The notes beneath the pieces are model-generated. The model was not told the DNA's origin. It saw only the letters and a list, made by a program, of their open reading frames with translations, and made no database searches. DNA of 63,141 bases, the filler included, from Reticulomyxa filosa (Eukaryota > Protista > Foraminifera): assembly GCA_000512085.1 (NCBI GenBank). It is 18 parts of 18 records of this genome, joined end to end, with 100 filler letters (N's around TTAATTAATTAA, not from the genome) between each part and the next. Parts side by side here need not be neighbours in the genome. Positions count along the whole stretch, not along the records: positions 49,873 to 51,939 come from ASPP01036004.1; positions 52,040 to 53,420 come from ASPP01010751.1; positions 53,521 to 61,344 come from ASPP01020283.1; positions 61,445 to 63,141 come from ASPP01002358.1; 14 more parts are not named here. One strand, given 5' to 3'. Below are positions 50,985-63,141 of this stretch, piece by piece. How positions within the stretch are numbered: the first letter of the stretch is position 1; the number at the start of each line of letters is the position of its first letter. A program made the position numbers and the translations under genes.

Positions 50985-51722
50985 CCAAAATGAAAGAGAA
51001 CAAAGCTTCAGATATTGATGAACAATGATCTCTATAATTGTTTGCTACCCCGAACAGCGATGAAGAAAAATCAATATGTTTCAAAAGAGATATAATTTTT
51101 ATAAGATGGAATAAATATATGTTAATTTGTATCATTCAAAGAGAAAGAATAATGAAAATTTATGATTTAACAAACATATATAACTATTTATTGTTGAAAG
51201 TTGTAACATTTTAAATATCTCAATAAGTATTTCGTTAATCTGTTAGAAATAACTTGATTTATCAATGTAAATAATAATAGTTAAACATGGATAAAAATGT
51301 TTTGATTGATATAAGTACTCTTTATTCTAACAAGTACTTTTTATCACTTTTCATAAGTTTACTTTTATTATTTATTTTTCCTGTCACAAAGCAAAACTAC
51401 TTCATATATTATGAAAATATAATTTGATATAATATTTTATTTGCATTTAATAGTGAAGATATCAATCAAATATCTTATTCGGCGAATAAGGGTGAGTTTT
51501 TTTGCTTGGATAATTGAAAAAAACTCGTTTTCCTACTGTTTCTGGAAAAAACTACTCCAAAAAAAATCAAAATGATATTATTCTTAACATTTCTTTTTGT
51601 GACATAAAGTCAAGTTATTTTTCAAAAAAGAAATAAATTTGTCTTTATCTCCATTTATGTAAAATGAAATTGAGTGTGCCCCTTTTACACTGATTTAAAA
51701 AAAAAGAAAAAAACTGATTAGC

Positions 51723-51939
51723 ATGTTAGTGCTACATGAAGAAGAAACCAAAGCTAAAAAGTTAAACACTTTCTCTCTTGAAGGATGTTATGACAAGAAC
51801 TGGGTCTCTTCTTCCAATAAACCAAGACTTTTAAGAAACTTTCAATGTTTATTATGCAAACAAATTGCAAATAATGCAATGGAGATAACATGTATTGAAC
51901 ACGAAGATCACAAAGAAGCAGTACTTATTGGAGATAAAT
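51723..51939 (+). CDS. RING-like N-terminus of TRAF-type zinc-finger protein family, partial
   Basis: CYDKNWV...FQCLLCKQIANNAMEITCIEH...LIG: C-x2-C plus C-x2-H pattern of RING/TRAF-like N-termini. Confidence 0.6.
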
Positions 51940-52053
51940 NNNNNNNNNNNNNNNNNNNNNNNNNNNNNNNNNNNNNNNNNNNNTTAATTAATTAANNNNN
52001 NNNNNNNNNNNNNNNNNNNNNNNNNNNNNNNNNNNNNNNTTTTATTTATTTAG

Positions 52054-52805
52054 TTAGTTAGTTTTTGTTTGCTTGCTAATATTACTTGAAGGGTTTCTGG
52101 TTGGATGTTGGGTTGGTGAGAAAGTCGGATCGTCTGTTGGCTGAGGCGATGGAGATGACGTCGGTATAGGGGTGGGAAATCGTGTAGGCTTCTTCGTCGG
52201 AAATCTTGTTGGATGCCGCGTTGGCCATTTGGTTGGAAAAAATGTTGGATGTTTGCTGGGAAAAGGTGTTGGTAGTCGTGTCGGTCGCCTCGTTGGCCTA
52301 CGTGTGGGCCTCCTTGTGGGCTGTCGTGTGGGTCGTCGGGTTGTATGGATTGTGGGCATCTTGGTCGGGGCGGTGGGCATACTGGTTGGATGGGGCGAGG
52401 GACCGAGTGTTGGTGCCTTTGTTGGGGGCACTGTGAACGGTAGTAACTTTGGACTTGGAGGACGTGTCACTTGAAGGCTGTATTTTGTTGTCCAATTCTT
52501 TATGTTTTATATACATTTATACATGTGTATATACATTGTATAAATTTGACAAATATAGCACCGAACAGTTGTCTCGTATTTGTCGTCACTTCCTCGGACA
52601 ACAATCTTTTGTGAGGGAGAACATATCTTGAGGTACATGGATTGTTGTTGAAATCATTTCCTTCTGGAGAAACATAAAGGCAAATTGTTAGAGTTTCACA
52701 ATATGATATGTCAAAATACTCGTTTTGTGGATACTCTCCAATACAGTTTATTAGCCATAATATGTACACCAATAGTACTGTTCGCAAAGTCCACTTTCTG
52801 GGCAT
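52054..52805 (-). CDS. Secreted protein with PTxx (mucin-like) tetrapeptide repeats, partial
   Basis: Signal peptide MPRKWTLRTVLLVYILWLINCIG, LYVSPEGND motif, and more than 20 PTxx repeats including PTRR. Confidence 0.75.
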
Positions 52806-53520
52806 GATCTAAAAATGGATCTTACAGAGCCATTAAAAAAAACTTGTTTCACTTTGCTTACTTGCACACACGGAAAGGAAAAGGATTACATGACAAACAG
52901 GTCTCCAAAGATTGTTTTTGATAGTTCTAAGCCAAATTCAGTGCAATTTTTATCGTGAAAAGCTGGACGCTTAAGTTTGTCACGGGAAAAGACAAAAAAA
53001 AAAATTAAAAGTTTTGGTTGGTTGTATTATATTGTTCCTTCATGTTTTTCCCCTCCATCAAAACGACGAGTAACAAAGTGCACAAATGAATTACAGCACC
53101 TCAAATCATGATTTTATGGACATTTCAACGTCAAAGTTTCCATTGATGACAGACATGGTGTTAGCGTCGCAAAGACAAAGAAAAAAATAACCTCCCGCAA
53201 GCGAATGGTATGTTGACACCACAAGTGAAACATGAGGCCAATTATCTGCCAACAAAGCTGGAAGATTTCGGCAGCATTCCTTACAACTTGCACCAAGCCT
53301 CGTTTAGTAAAAACCAACAATAAATGATAAAAGAGACGTACTTACAGTGACGTTTGTGTATGTTTTCATTTCGCCAATGTTGTTATGTTCGGTTGCATGT
53401 GTGTGTGTGTGTGTGTGTGTNNNNNNNNNNNNNNNNNNNNNNNNNNNNNNNNNNNNNNNNNNNNTTAATTAATTAANNNNNNNNNNNNNNNNNNNNNNNN
53501 NNNNNNNNNNNNNNNNNNNN

Positions 53521-54419
53521 CCACCTCAAGTGATGGTCATGACCGAGTAACCATTTCTCGAACTCATCAAAATGACAATGCCAACTCGAGCAATGGTCAC
53601 TCCAATACCACCAATAAACCCATTTCTCAAAATGATGCAAACAACAACAACAAAAATAATACGAATAAGATCCAAATCCCTTCTCAACAGAATAACAATG
53701 ACAAGAGTCCTGGAAGCCACGTATAGTTTTTTTGTTGTTTTTTTTTGAGTGTATGTGAAATGGAGTAAAATTTGTCAACACATATAATTCCAAATACAAT
53801 AACACAACTAAATAAATAAAAAAAGGTCCTTGACTATATATGGGATGGTACACCTCTTCATCTGCAAACTCCGATTACCGAAGAAAATGATACTAATGTT
53901 GCACAAGATTTTGCCACGCCAAAAGACCCACGTGTCAAGAATAATAAAGAGGCATCAGGCAACAATGAATTGCTGGAATATTCTATCACTCCAGGTGGAC
54001 CGAGTGACCCATTGCCGAACAGAGACAATCAACCCAACGGCAATGAAAGTACTATAAAAGCAGTTTATGAGCAACGAATCAAATTAATGCAAGGGATGTT
54101 GGAAGCTGAAAAGAAGAAAAACAAAGACTTACTCCAAAATCTTGAAGATAAAAATAATAATTTGGATCAAATGAGAGAAGAAAAAAATATCAAAATCCAT
54201 ACATTGTTTGAAGAAGTAAAAAAAATGAAAGAAGAAAGTGATAAACAAAAAGATGCTATCACTGCACGTAATGAAGAAATAAGGTCATTGCACAGCAAAG
54301 TCGATAGACAGGCAAAGGACCTTAAGGAATTGGAACAAGGTAAAATCACTGCAATGGTTGTTCTCACTCAAGAGCTTGATAAAATGAGGGCATTGCTCAA
54401 AATGTACAAACAAAAGTAA
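53521..54419 (+). CDS. Coiled-coil protein, 3' part
   Basis: Heptad-rich terminal exon ending ...VLTQELDKMRALLKMYKQK*. Confidence 0.55.
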
Positions 54420-55302
54420 AAATCTTGCCGACATATTCCTCCCCCTCTCCTACCTCTTTTATCTCGCTCTCAAGTGATGATTGTGTGCAAGTGATGTAAT
54501 ATTCAACAAAGCAAGATTTTTGTGTTGTTGGCCAGAACAATGCAAAATTGCACACATGTTTTACTTTTTTTGTTATAATGCATACTTGTTTGATATTTTT
54601 TTCCCCTCATCTTATTATTATGTTCGTTGTGATCTAATTCATGTTTATTCCATGCAAGGAACAATTTTCAGAATTATGTTCTGCAAAGACATTGCTGTTA
54701 TTTATTGTATGTGCGTCTTTGAGAATGTTCTTCATTTTGTGCCGTCTTTGTTCTTTTTTTTCTTTGAATTTTGGGAATGTTTTTTTTTATTACTCAGAGC
54801 CTCTATGGCAGCTTCGAATAATTCGAAATAACCTGGCTGCCATCAATTAAAAAAGGACTAGTCCAACAAAAAAAGGCGAGAAAAATAAATTTTATTTGTA
54901 TTTCCGTTAGTACTCGCCGACTAGAGTTTTTCATTCATTTCATATTCATAATTTCACAAGTTAATGAAAAATTTTAAACGAAGACACCATAAATTAGCTA
55001 TTGTTAAGCTCAATGCAAATATGTGACTCCTAAATTTAGACGTTTTGCTTGTCTGGCCTTTTTTAAATGACAAAACCTGCCATTAGGATACACGCAAGAG
55101 AGGAAAAAATCTCAAAAAATTTTTAAAATTTTAACAAGTCAAATAAATTGCGAGTGGTGTTACCATTGATTTTCATCTAACTCAAATCACATCAATCATA
55201 AACAAAGAGCGATATCATTATTGAAAAAAGAACGATACTTATTTTCTTATGAAAAAGGTCGTATTTCAAGAAAGTGATTAAAACTATTTTCCGTTTAACA
55301 TT

Positions 55303-58300
55303 TTACTCAGAAGAATTTGATTTGATGTGACGCTTTTTGAATTCGACAATCGCTTTTTTTAAGTCATGATTGGAAATGAGACCTTCTTCGGTCAAAGGTG
55401 CTCGAGTGAAAGGATCAAAGTGATTGGACAGTAAGTGTCGCATGATAGTACTACGATCAAGATTGACTTGCGAGGATGGCAGAGTAACTGGATCTTCCAT
55501 GAGAGTGTGCATTAAAGGATCCAAAAAGTTCAAAGGTATATCCAAAGAGTCTAAATTTTGAATTTCATGTTGTTGTTCTTCAATAACGCAATGCAAGCTC
55601 ATCCACAACCGTTTCAGTTTTTCACCAGCACTCAATAGTAATTCACTTTCTGCAGCATCATCACAAATTGTATTGGGTTTGCAATTTTGAGCAGGTTGTA
55701 AAGACTTTATAAATTTTCTCATTCGTTGAGCCGCGCCCATTCGATAGCGTATTCTTTTTTAAAAAAAAAAAAACAAAAACAAATGAAACAGAGTGACTAA
55801 ATTCCAAAAATATGCACACACCTTATATTTTTTTCCAAATGTGCCTTTTCTTCCTTGGACATTTCTCGGACAGGGAATTTAGTTTGCTTGTGTAGTCCTT
55901 GCAGAACTAATTTCCACCGTTTTTCCAAATCCATTTTTATCTTATCTTCGCCATTGCCAGGAGATGAAAGCGTAATGGAAGGCTCAGTGTCTGACTTTTG
56001 AGTTTGCCATTCGCCCGAAGGAACGTCAATACATTCGGCCTGGCTTTGCGTTGGCTGCGAAAGGCTGTGTGAAGCAGGAGGCATGTCATGATGAGGACTT
56101 GGCTGTGCATCATTGGCGATTGGGCTTATTTCTACTGAATCATTATATTTGGTTTCCATCACTACTTTTTGAATGTCATTGGAAGGCGATTGTAACTCGT
56201 TTGTCGCGGGCGTAGTGGCAATAGTGGAGTAGTGACTGCAGTTGTGGGTGCAATTGTGATTGTTGTGATGATTTCTTCAGATGAATCTTTGTGATTGGTA
56301 CAATTTTCATTCCAACAGTTGCGGAATTGGAAGAAATAAAATTGAATGACATGGAAAGACGATCGTTCGAATAATGGCAGATCAAAATGTCCACATTTGG
56401 CAATTGATTCTAAGAATAACCGGCAGTCACTCAGATGAAAAAAAGCTAGCATCAATGTTCTCAAAAAACGATTGAACGTATCGTATTGCTTATGCAAAAA
56501 GGTTTCGTACAAATGACTTACACCAGGCAAGCCAATATTAAACCGACGACCCCCAAGATCAAACAACGTTCGAGAGCGTCTGTGATTATTCAAATTGCTG
56601 GAATTGCCAGAGTTGCTAGAGCTGATAGAGTTGATAGAAGTGCTTGCATATGCATTGGTTGGCGCCATTGATGAAGACGATTCAATTTTTTTTTCTTCTT
56701 TTTCTCTGGTCTCAGGACTGCTTTGTTGACTCGTTTCATTTAGTTGTTTGACAAAATTTTCATGGGCTGTGCAATTTCACCAATAACATACACGAGCGTA
56801 CAGATGAAAAGAGGATATGTGTTTAAAGAAAGACAATGATATAACAAACAAACGAACCAGAAATTAAACGCTCAATAGTTTCAACGGATTTGTAAAATTT
56901 GTTCATATAAAAAGTTAAAAATTGCGCTGTTTGATTGCTCACTTCGGTTTTTAATAAACAATTAGTTCGAAAGAATTCCATACTGGCGGACAGCTCTAAT
57001 GTTCGCAACAGATTTAACACCAAGTTGACAAAGGTGTGACACTTGCGATCGTTGTGCGAGAGTTGTTGATACAAAAGCAGTTTCTTGGGCTGGTTTTCTC
57101 GGTTGACTTCACCCAGAAGAAGGAACTCTTGATAGCAGTCCACAGTAGTATTGAAAAGGCTGAGCATTTCATCAAACATGTGTGTCAAGTCGTCCATGAT
57201 GTGAGAAACAAATGTGACTCGAGACTGGCAAGCCAACGGGTCGTTGGCAATGTGTTGCAAGATTTGAGTGCTGCATTCGTTGTAAGGATTGTCTTTCAAA
57301 TGATCTTTGTCTAAAAATAATAGCAGCAATCGACATACATTATTGCGAATCGGCACTTTGACTGCCTTCAATGCCGTTCGTTTCTCGACGATCACGTGTA
57401 AATGCAACAGCGAGCCGATCATAAAATCGCGCATAAAATTGGAGTGTAGCCAGTTGCTACGGAATTCAGTATGTCTTTTTTTGCGCATTGTCGTCCATTC
57501 ACAAAAGTGGTCTAATATCTGGATAATCAACCAATCAAATGGATATTGTGCTAAACAATGCATCTTAAAAAAAAAAAAAACAAACCTGTGCCAACACGTG
57601 AGGATTTTTAATAAATAACGGCTGTCGCAATAATACCACAAACAATTGCAAAATGGGCAAAGGATTCATTTGCTGAGAACTGCTCAATAACTCTTCGTGT
57701 GTCAATAGAAAGGCGGTGTATTGCGCAACAAATAAAACCATAAACTCGGGCAAACTTGCCAAAGTGGGTGGCAAATTGATTGGCAGATCATGAAGAAAGT
57801 GGTTTTCCTTGCTCATCAATTGTTGGTATCTCTCCTCTAATTTTTGATATTCGCCGGTGGTATTTTCATTTAAGCCTTCCATCATCAATTGAAATTGTCT
57901 TTGGCGGATGTGTTTTTTCCGTGTTTCTAATTTATTCGTATGTTTGCGTTTCAAATTCAAAATAAACCATTGACTAAACATGTTAAATACATGCCAAACT
58001 CGATTTATTAACAATGGATTCCACAATTCGACTTCATAGCCAATGCGTCGTTTTATGTTATTTATTACTACTTTTTTTAGGGATTCGTCGTTTCCTCGTG
58101 ATCCTTTCAGCAATTGCATTTGTGATTGCATTTCTTTGCATAACAACTAGCATACACATACATAACAGATTGTATTGATATGTTTCAATCATTTGCAAAG
58201 AAACAAAGAATGAAAAAGAAACACAAAGGCAAGCAAATAAAAAGACTTACAGTGTATCGCAATGCAATTGGAGCCAAGCTATAATAAATAACACAAATGG

Positions 58301-58510
58301 TTAAATGAAACCATTCCGAGCGAAAATCAAAAGCAGGAGTCATTGAGATCAATCTGGAATACATTAACCGACTGTGTTGAAATACAAATTCTTGTCCAGG
58401 AATTTGCTTCACCTGTTCATGATCTGAGTTTCCTTTTTGTTTCACTGGCGATGAAAATCCACAATTTGAGTTGGAACAAGGCGATATTGTCGATGTCGAC
58501 ATTGGTGTTG

Positions 58511-58542
<32 letters not shown>

Positions 58543-61330
58543 GTCATCAAATGAGGCTCTTTTTCTTCGTGCATATGTCGTAACAACTGCTCCCGCATTT
58601 CCATATCTTGAGAGGGCGAGCCATGCGAACCCATTCGCAGCGGCAACACAAGTGGACGTAGCGACCCAATTGCCCGGTCACTACGTACATTTTCCCCCCA
58701 AAACAGTGGTGAGATTGTGGCCGTGGGAGGAGAAATAAGGGCTGGGGTGGAGGTGTGGGTTGGGGTCTGATTCGTAACGACACTAGTTGTTTCATTGACA
58801 TTGATACTTGAATTCGAAGCGGAAGCCGTGGGGAGATTTGGAATTGTCGTCGATGTTGGCGTGGACTCGGTGAGTTCGGATTCGTTTGAATTTAAAATCA
58901 AACTGCCACTGCTGCTACTGCCTCGTGGATAATAAGAACTTAGGCGTTTCTGATGGGCGTCGAGTTTATGCTGATCCTCTTTCCACACAAATACTTTGGA
59001 AATGGGTTTGCGCAATTGGATAAATGTGTGTCGAGGATCATGTGACATTAATGATAAGTCCTTTGAAAGCATTCCTTGATGATGTTTCCGTTCACATTCA
59101 TAGCATAAATGAAAACCATTCTTTGCCGATTGTGTATAAGGAGTATCATTTTCTGCTTTTGTACTTTCCACTTGTGCGTTTGGAGTAAACCTTTTCAATT
59201 GTTTTTGTATTGTATTGCATCATATTATATAGCAAACTAAGTCTTTAATATGTTTTATTTTATTTTGTTTTGTTTTGTTTTGTTTTGTTTGCATCAACAA
59301 GTTTAATACAAATAAACACAGGGAAATCGTGTTTCTGTTTCACACAAGTCGTGTATATGGATATTTGAAAAGTGAACCCCAAAGATCCATTGATTCTGTT
59401 ATCTACGGTACAATTCAAACAAGTATATCGCACGCCTCGAATAGGTTGCATTCCACAGCCATGGCACATGAATCCTCGATGAATGATGTGCTGTTGATAC
59501 CATTCATGCAGTTGCATGCATGTCCTGGATTTGTCATTTGTCCCAAGCGCCTGCTTGTAATAATCCACAATGTCTTTGTCCGAGGAATGGTCCAATTCCA
59601 CTTGAGGCAATTGGAATTCCATCTTCTCGTGGTTCCGTAACACATCCAATGGCAACTTCATCATTACATGACTTGTGTGATCATGATCACATTCATGTGA
59701 TTCCATTAAATGTTTCGTTAGACTGTGTTTATGTATGCGTGGTTAAGTAAAACCAAATTATTGTTTCTGAAAATTGAAAAAAATATACATATATGCATGC
59801 ACATATAGGTATAGAACACTCACTCTGGTTGTGTCACCAAGTTTTTCTGTTGTATTCCATTTGCTTCACAAATGGGACACAAAACGACTCTTGGATCATC
59901 AAAGTGGATTTCTTTGATATGCTGAATGACTTGTTTGGTGGTCATTTGTTGGAATGGACATTGATTATAGCAGCAATTGATTCGAATGTGTGGAGGCACT
60001 ACCTTGTTGCCAGGTTTCTGTTGCTTTTGATATTGCATATACCGTTGAATCAAAGACGACGGCATTCCAACTGACTCCAAATGCACTATTTCTTCGCAAT
60101 CTTCACACAAGTCGAAATCACCACAACGAGAGCACTTATAGCGGACTCCCTTTTGATGTATCCCATATGTGTGGATACATACTCATGTCCGTGTATTATG
60201 TACAACACATTATATAAAAAATATATATAGATGTATATGTATACGTGTGTATACACATGATAACAACTTGAATGCAAGGGGTTTTTGATTTTCTGCATCG
60301 GTCACAAATAATTTTGTAGTGATAAGGATATGTCAATTGCAAAAAATGCAAGGCATACTCTTTGCCATTCGGCAACAATGGAACTTCATCGATGCTATTT
60401 CTTCGACTTAGATTTTGAACACTGTGTTGTCGACTGTGTGCACTATCCACCGTGTCGGTGACTACATTACGAATATCATTGTCCTTGCGAAACATCATCC
60501 ATTCGCGTTCCAATGTTATGTCGTTGGACCAAGTCACTGCGATTTCACGGTATGATGTACCCAGTCGAGTTTCCCCACTCAGTTGCAAACGATTGTATTG
60601 CGGGAACACAAAATAGTATGGATCAATTCGAGACAAGTCATCCTGTATTTTTTTTTAAAAAAAAAAAAAGGGGGAAAGAAAAAGCACACATTCTGACTCA
60701 GAAAATTTTTATTAAAAAAAAAAAAGGAAAAATAACTGCAGCTCGCATAGCCATTAAGATGTCACAACAAATGTGAACCAAATTGATACTGAATCCATCT
60801 GTGGTTTCTTGAGCGCTATTGGCCAAACGATTTTGAAATTGTGTACGACTTAGATTATCTATGAAGTCAAACTCTGCTGTGTTTTTTTCCTTCTACGTGT
60901 AAACAGCCCTACAAGGAAGGAAAGACGAGAGATAAAAAAAAAACTTCGTATGACACCAGCCACCCATGTGTGAATGACCGTCTTCCAAACGTTTTTATTT
61001 TGTCGAAGCAATTGCTCTTGGAAAGTATTGTGATCATTGGGAAAATCCATTTGCAGCAAAGTCGTATCTCCAGCAAAATAGAGTTGTTGAAATAAATACT
61101 CTTGCAGCCGTATCCGCGGCATGAGTCCTCGAATTAGCACATCTCGGTCATTCTGATCGAATCGCCAAATATCTATTCTCTGTTGTTTGGTGGATTTCAA
61201 GTACTTGTTATATTCATCAAGCGCCAGAAGTAATTGTCGTGGAGATCCGCTGCTGTCACTGCTCATCGACCATTCCGGTGACGCTACATTCGTATCGCTA
61301 CTGTTGTCAAATGCATCGTTCGGTGCATTT
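55303..61330 (-). CDS. UFD2/UBE4-type U-box ubiquitin chain elongation factor with inserted ZZ and Di19-type zinc fingers (multi-exon, 5' partial)
   Basis: C-terminal U-box (FLDPLMHTLMEDPVTLPSSQVNLDRSTIMRHLLSNHFDPFTRAPL) and Ufd2 core motifs IDPYYF, SEWFHLT, LASLPEFMV, FIKNPHV, FVSHIMDDLTHMFDEML. Two ZZ fingers and a C2H2 pair lie between IDPYYF and SEWFHLT. Confidence 0.88.
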
Positions 61331-61486
61331 CTTTTTTTTTTTTTNNNNNNNNNNNNNNNNNNNNNNNNNNNNNNNNNNNNNNNNNNNNTTAATTAATTAA
61401 NNNNNNNNNNNNNNNNNNNNNNNNNNNNNNNNNNNNNNNNNNNNTATATCACAGTTGAAGAGTTTAAACATAAATGTCCAGATTTT

Positions 61487-62491
61487 ATGGATGATTGGAG
61501 TTGCAATGTGGTGAATAGATTAATGAGTTTAAAATTGATATCATTAAATTCACGTTGTGAAATGAGTTTGGTGGTTGGTCATGAAGGTCATTGTATTTAT
61601 TTGAGTTTGTATAAAACATTAGATTATGTTTTGGTTAGAGTAGATAATCGATGGATGAAAACAATTCCATTGAATACACCTCATCCAATCAATGAACATG
61701 GACTAATTCAACCTTATTTGGTTGCTTATTTCAAATCAAATGATTCAAATATTGATAAAAACAAGGAATGGTTGAAGGAACATATTAAAAATGCAACTAA
61801 ATTAAAAGATAGTGACAGCAGTGAGAGTATGAAATATCTTTATTGTAGTGATAATAAATTATTGTCTCCTCATGAGGGAAATGTATCATCAATAGTGAAA
61901 GATTGGCCATATCGTCCGATTCAAACAGATGCCGAAAATTGTTATTTGAGAAGTCACAATGTTGGATATCAAATTCGTTTAGGCAGTGTTGTTTATGAAT
62001 GGTTTATAGATCAGGAAGGCAGTAGTTTTGTGTTCAAAAAAAGAAATTACAATAAAGCCATTAACGAAGAAAAGAGTGATAATGAAAATATAAAAGGTGG
62101 AAATGAATCAAATGCATCAAACGAATGCTTATTATCATCCGTTGAAATCCCTAGTCATTCAGAATTGATGAAAATCCTTTCAAATCAATTGAAAGTGAAA
62201 TATGATGATGTATATAGTGGAATAGCAGTGGAACAAGCTCTTGTTGCAAAAGTAAACGTTCATACAATTCAAAATGGGGCATTTTATCGTCGTGATGAAT
62301 CAACCAATCAAACCTATTTTCAATTGTATCTTAATTCGACTGAACGAAATCAATTTTATCAATTTTACAAATCAAAATTTCCCAAACTTATTCAAAGTGT
62401 TACAAAAATAAATCAGGAGTGGGTTCGATTTTATTTTGATACCCTTGTGTTTCAATCTCAAGTGATCCCTTTGTTATCTACTGTTTCTTAA
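61487..62491 (+). CDS. Hypothetical protein (intronless 3' part) with putative His/Gln/Cys protease-like motifs
   Basis: 334-aa ORF, open upstream to the contig edge. Motifs GHCIYLSL, VRVDNRW, IQTDAENCY. Confidence 0.65.
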   Translation: MDDWSCNVVNRLMSLKLISLNSRCEMSLVVGHEGHCIYLSLYKTLDYVLVRVDNRWMKTIPLNTPHPINEHGLIQPYLVAYFKSNDSNIDKNKEWLKEHIKNATKLKDSDSSESMKYLYCSDNKLLSPHEGNVSSIVKDWPYRPIQTDAENCYLRSHNVGYQIRLGSVVYEWFIDQEGSSFVFKKRNYNKAINEEKSDNENIKGGNESNASNECLLSSVEIPSHSELMKILSNQLKVKYDDVYSGIAVEQALVAKVNVHTIQNGAFYRRDESTNQTYFQLYLNSTERNQFYQFYKSKFPKLIQSVTKINQEWVRFYFDTLVFQSQVIPLLSTVS

Positions 62492-63141
62492 AATTCAAAT
62501 ATCAAATTTTTTTTTTGTGGTGTTAATTTATTCAAGTTACTGTATAGTTGAAAGTTTTAATTACCTTATTGATGAAGCAAACGTTAAATCGTTTCTGAAT
62601 TTGATGAAAATCTTTGTTAGTAATAGCGTCATTTGCTCAATTTGCAAGTAATCAATGGCACACGTTAGTTGTTTTGCCATTAGATTTTGTATATTTTTTC
62701 TAGAGGCAGTATTCTATAATTCCATTAATTTTTCAGATGAAGCAACACTACAACATTGACAAACTTAAAATGTTGTTCAACAAACAGTTGTAGTGTTGAG
62801 TATAAAAAAATTTCAAAACAAATTTTTCCTTGATATTCAAAAGTTATACGCCTTCCTTTTTCTAAACATGACAAATAAAAGTGTCCATCAAAGAAAAAAT
62901 ATCGTCTTTGGATATGTTAATGAAATGACTTGTCTTCTTTGTTATTTGTCACAATAAATTTGACTATTTCATCAAATGTTTACAATACGATAAGAAAAAA
63001 AGAAACAGCAGAAATTGTCAATAATATCGAGGATTCTACAAGTATAAACGTTATCAAACGATGATGCACAAGTGACATTAGAACTCATTGCCATCATTTT
63101 GCAAACTCGTTTGTAATTTTTCAAATGTAGTAAAGATATGC

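Noticed and set aside
60905-60915. GCCCTACA resembling the element terminus
   Set aside because: It lies in an intron and none of the other conserved element blocks are adjacent.

Overview
This window is not one continuous locus. It is 18 short contigs joined by an artificial 100-nt spacer (N44-TTAATTAATTAA-N44). Seventeen contigs are AT-rich, intron-containing eukaryotic DNA. Their gene content (expanded-family WD40 and RING/TRAF-like proteins, divergent alpha-tubulin, many decayed pseudogenes, poly-A/TA-rich introns) suggests a foraminiferan such as Reticulomyxa filosa; this is an inference. One contig (41304-42840) is GC-rich betaproteobacterial DNA (minC-minD-minE-oxyR), most likely a contaminant. 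Recognisable eukaryotic genes include DRC2/CCDC65, PP4 catalytic subunit, an atypical TxH MAP kinase, a CNNM/DUF21 transporter, sterol C5-desaturase, GH27 glycosidase, beta-carbonic anhydrase, a SAPS/PP6 regulator, a PI3K-like fragment, PAP2 phosphatase and a UFD2-type U-box ligase. Two findings stand out. (1) An unannotated ~210-260 bp dispersed element occurs in three copies on three contigs, with TGT...ACA-type ends and 4-bp target-site duplications; its 5' part folds in register with a type III hammerhead ribozyme (retrozyme-like solo LTR, with a non-canonical core). (2) The UFD2/UBE4-type E4 ligase carries a KCMF1-like ZZ / Di19-type C2H2 / ZZ zinc-finger module inserted in its core. All family assignments come from motifs read by eye; no searches were run.
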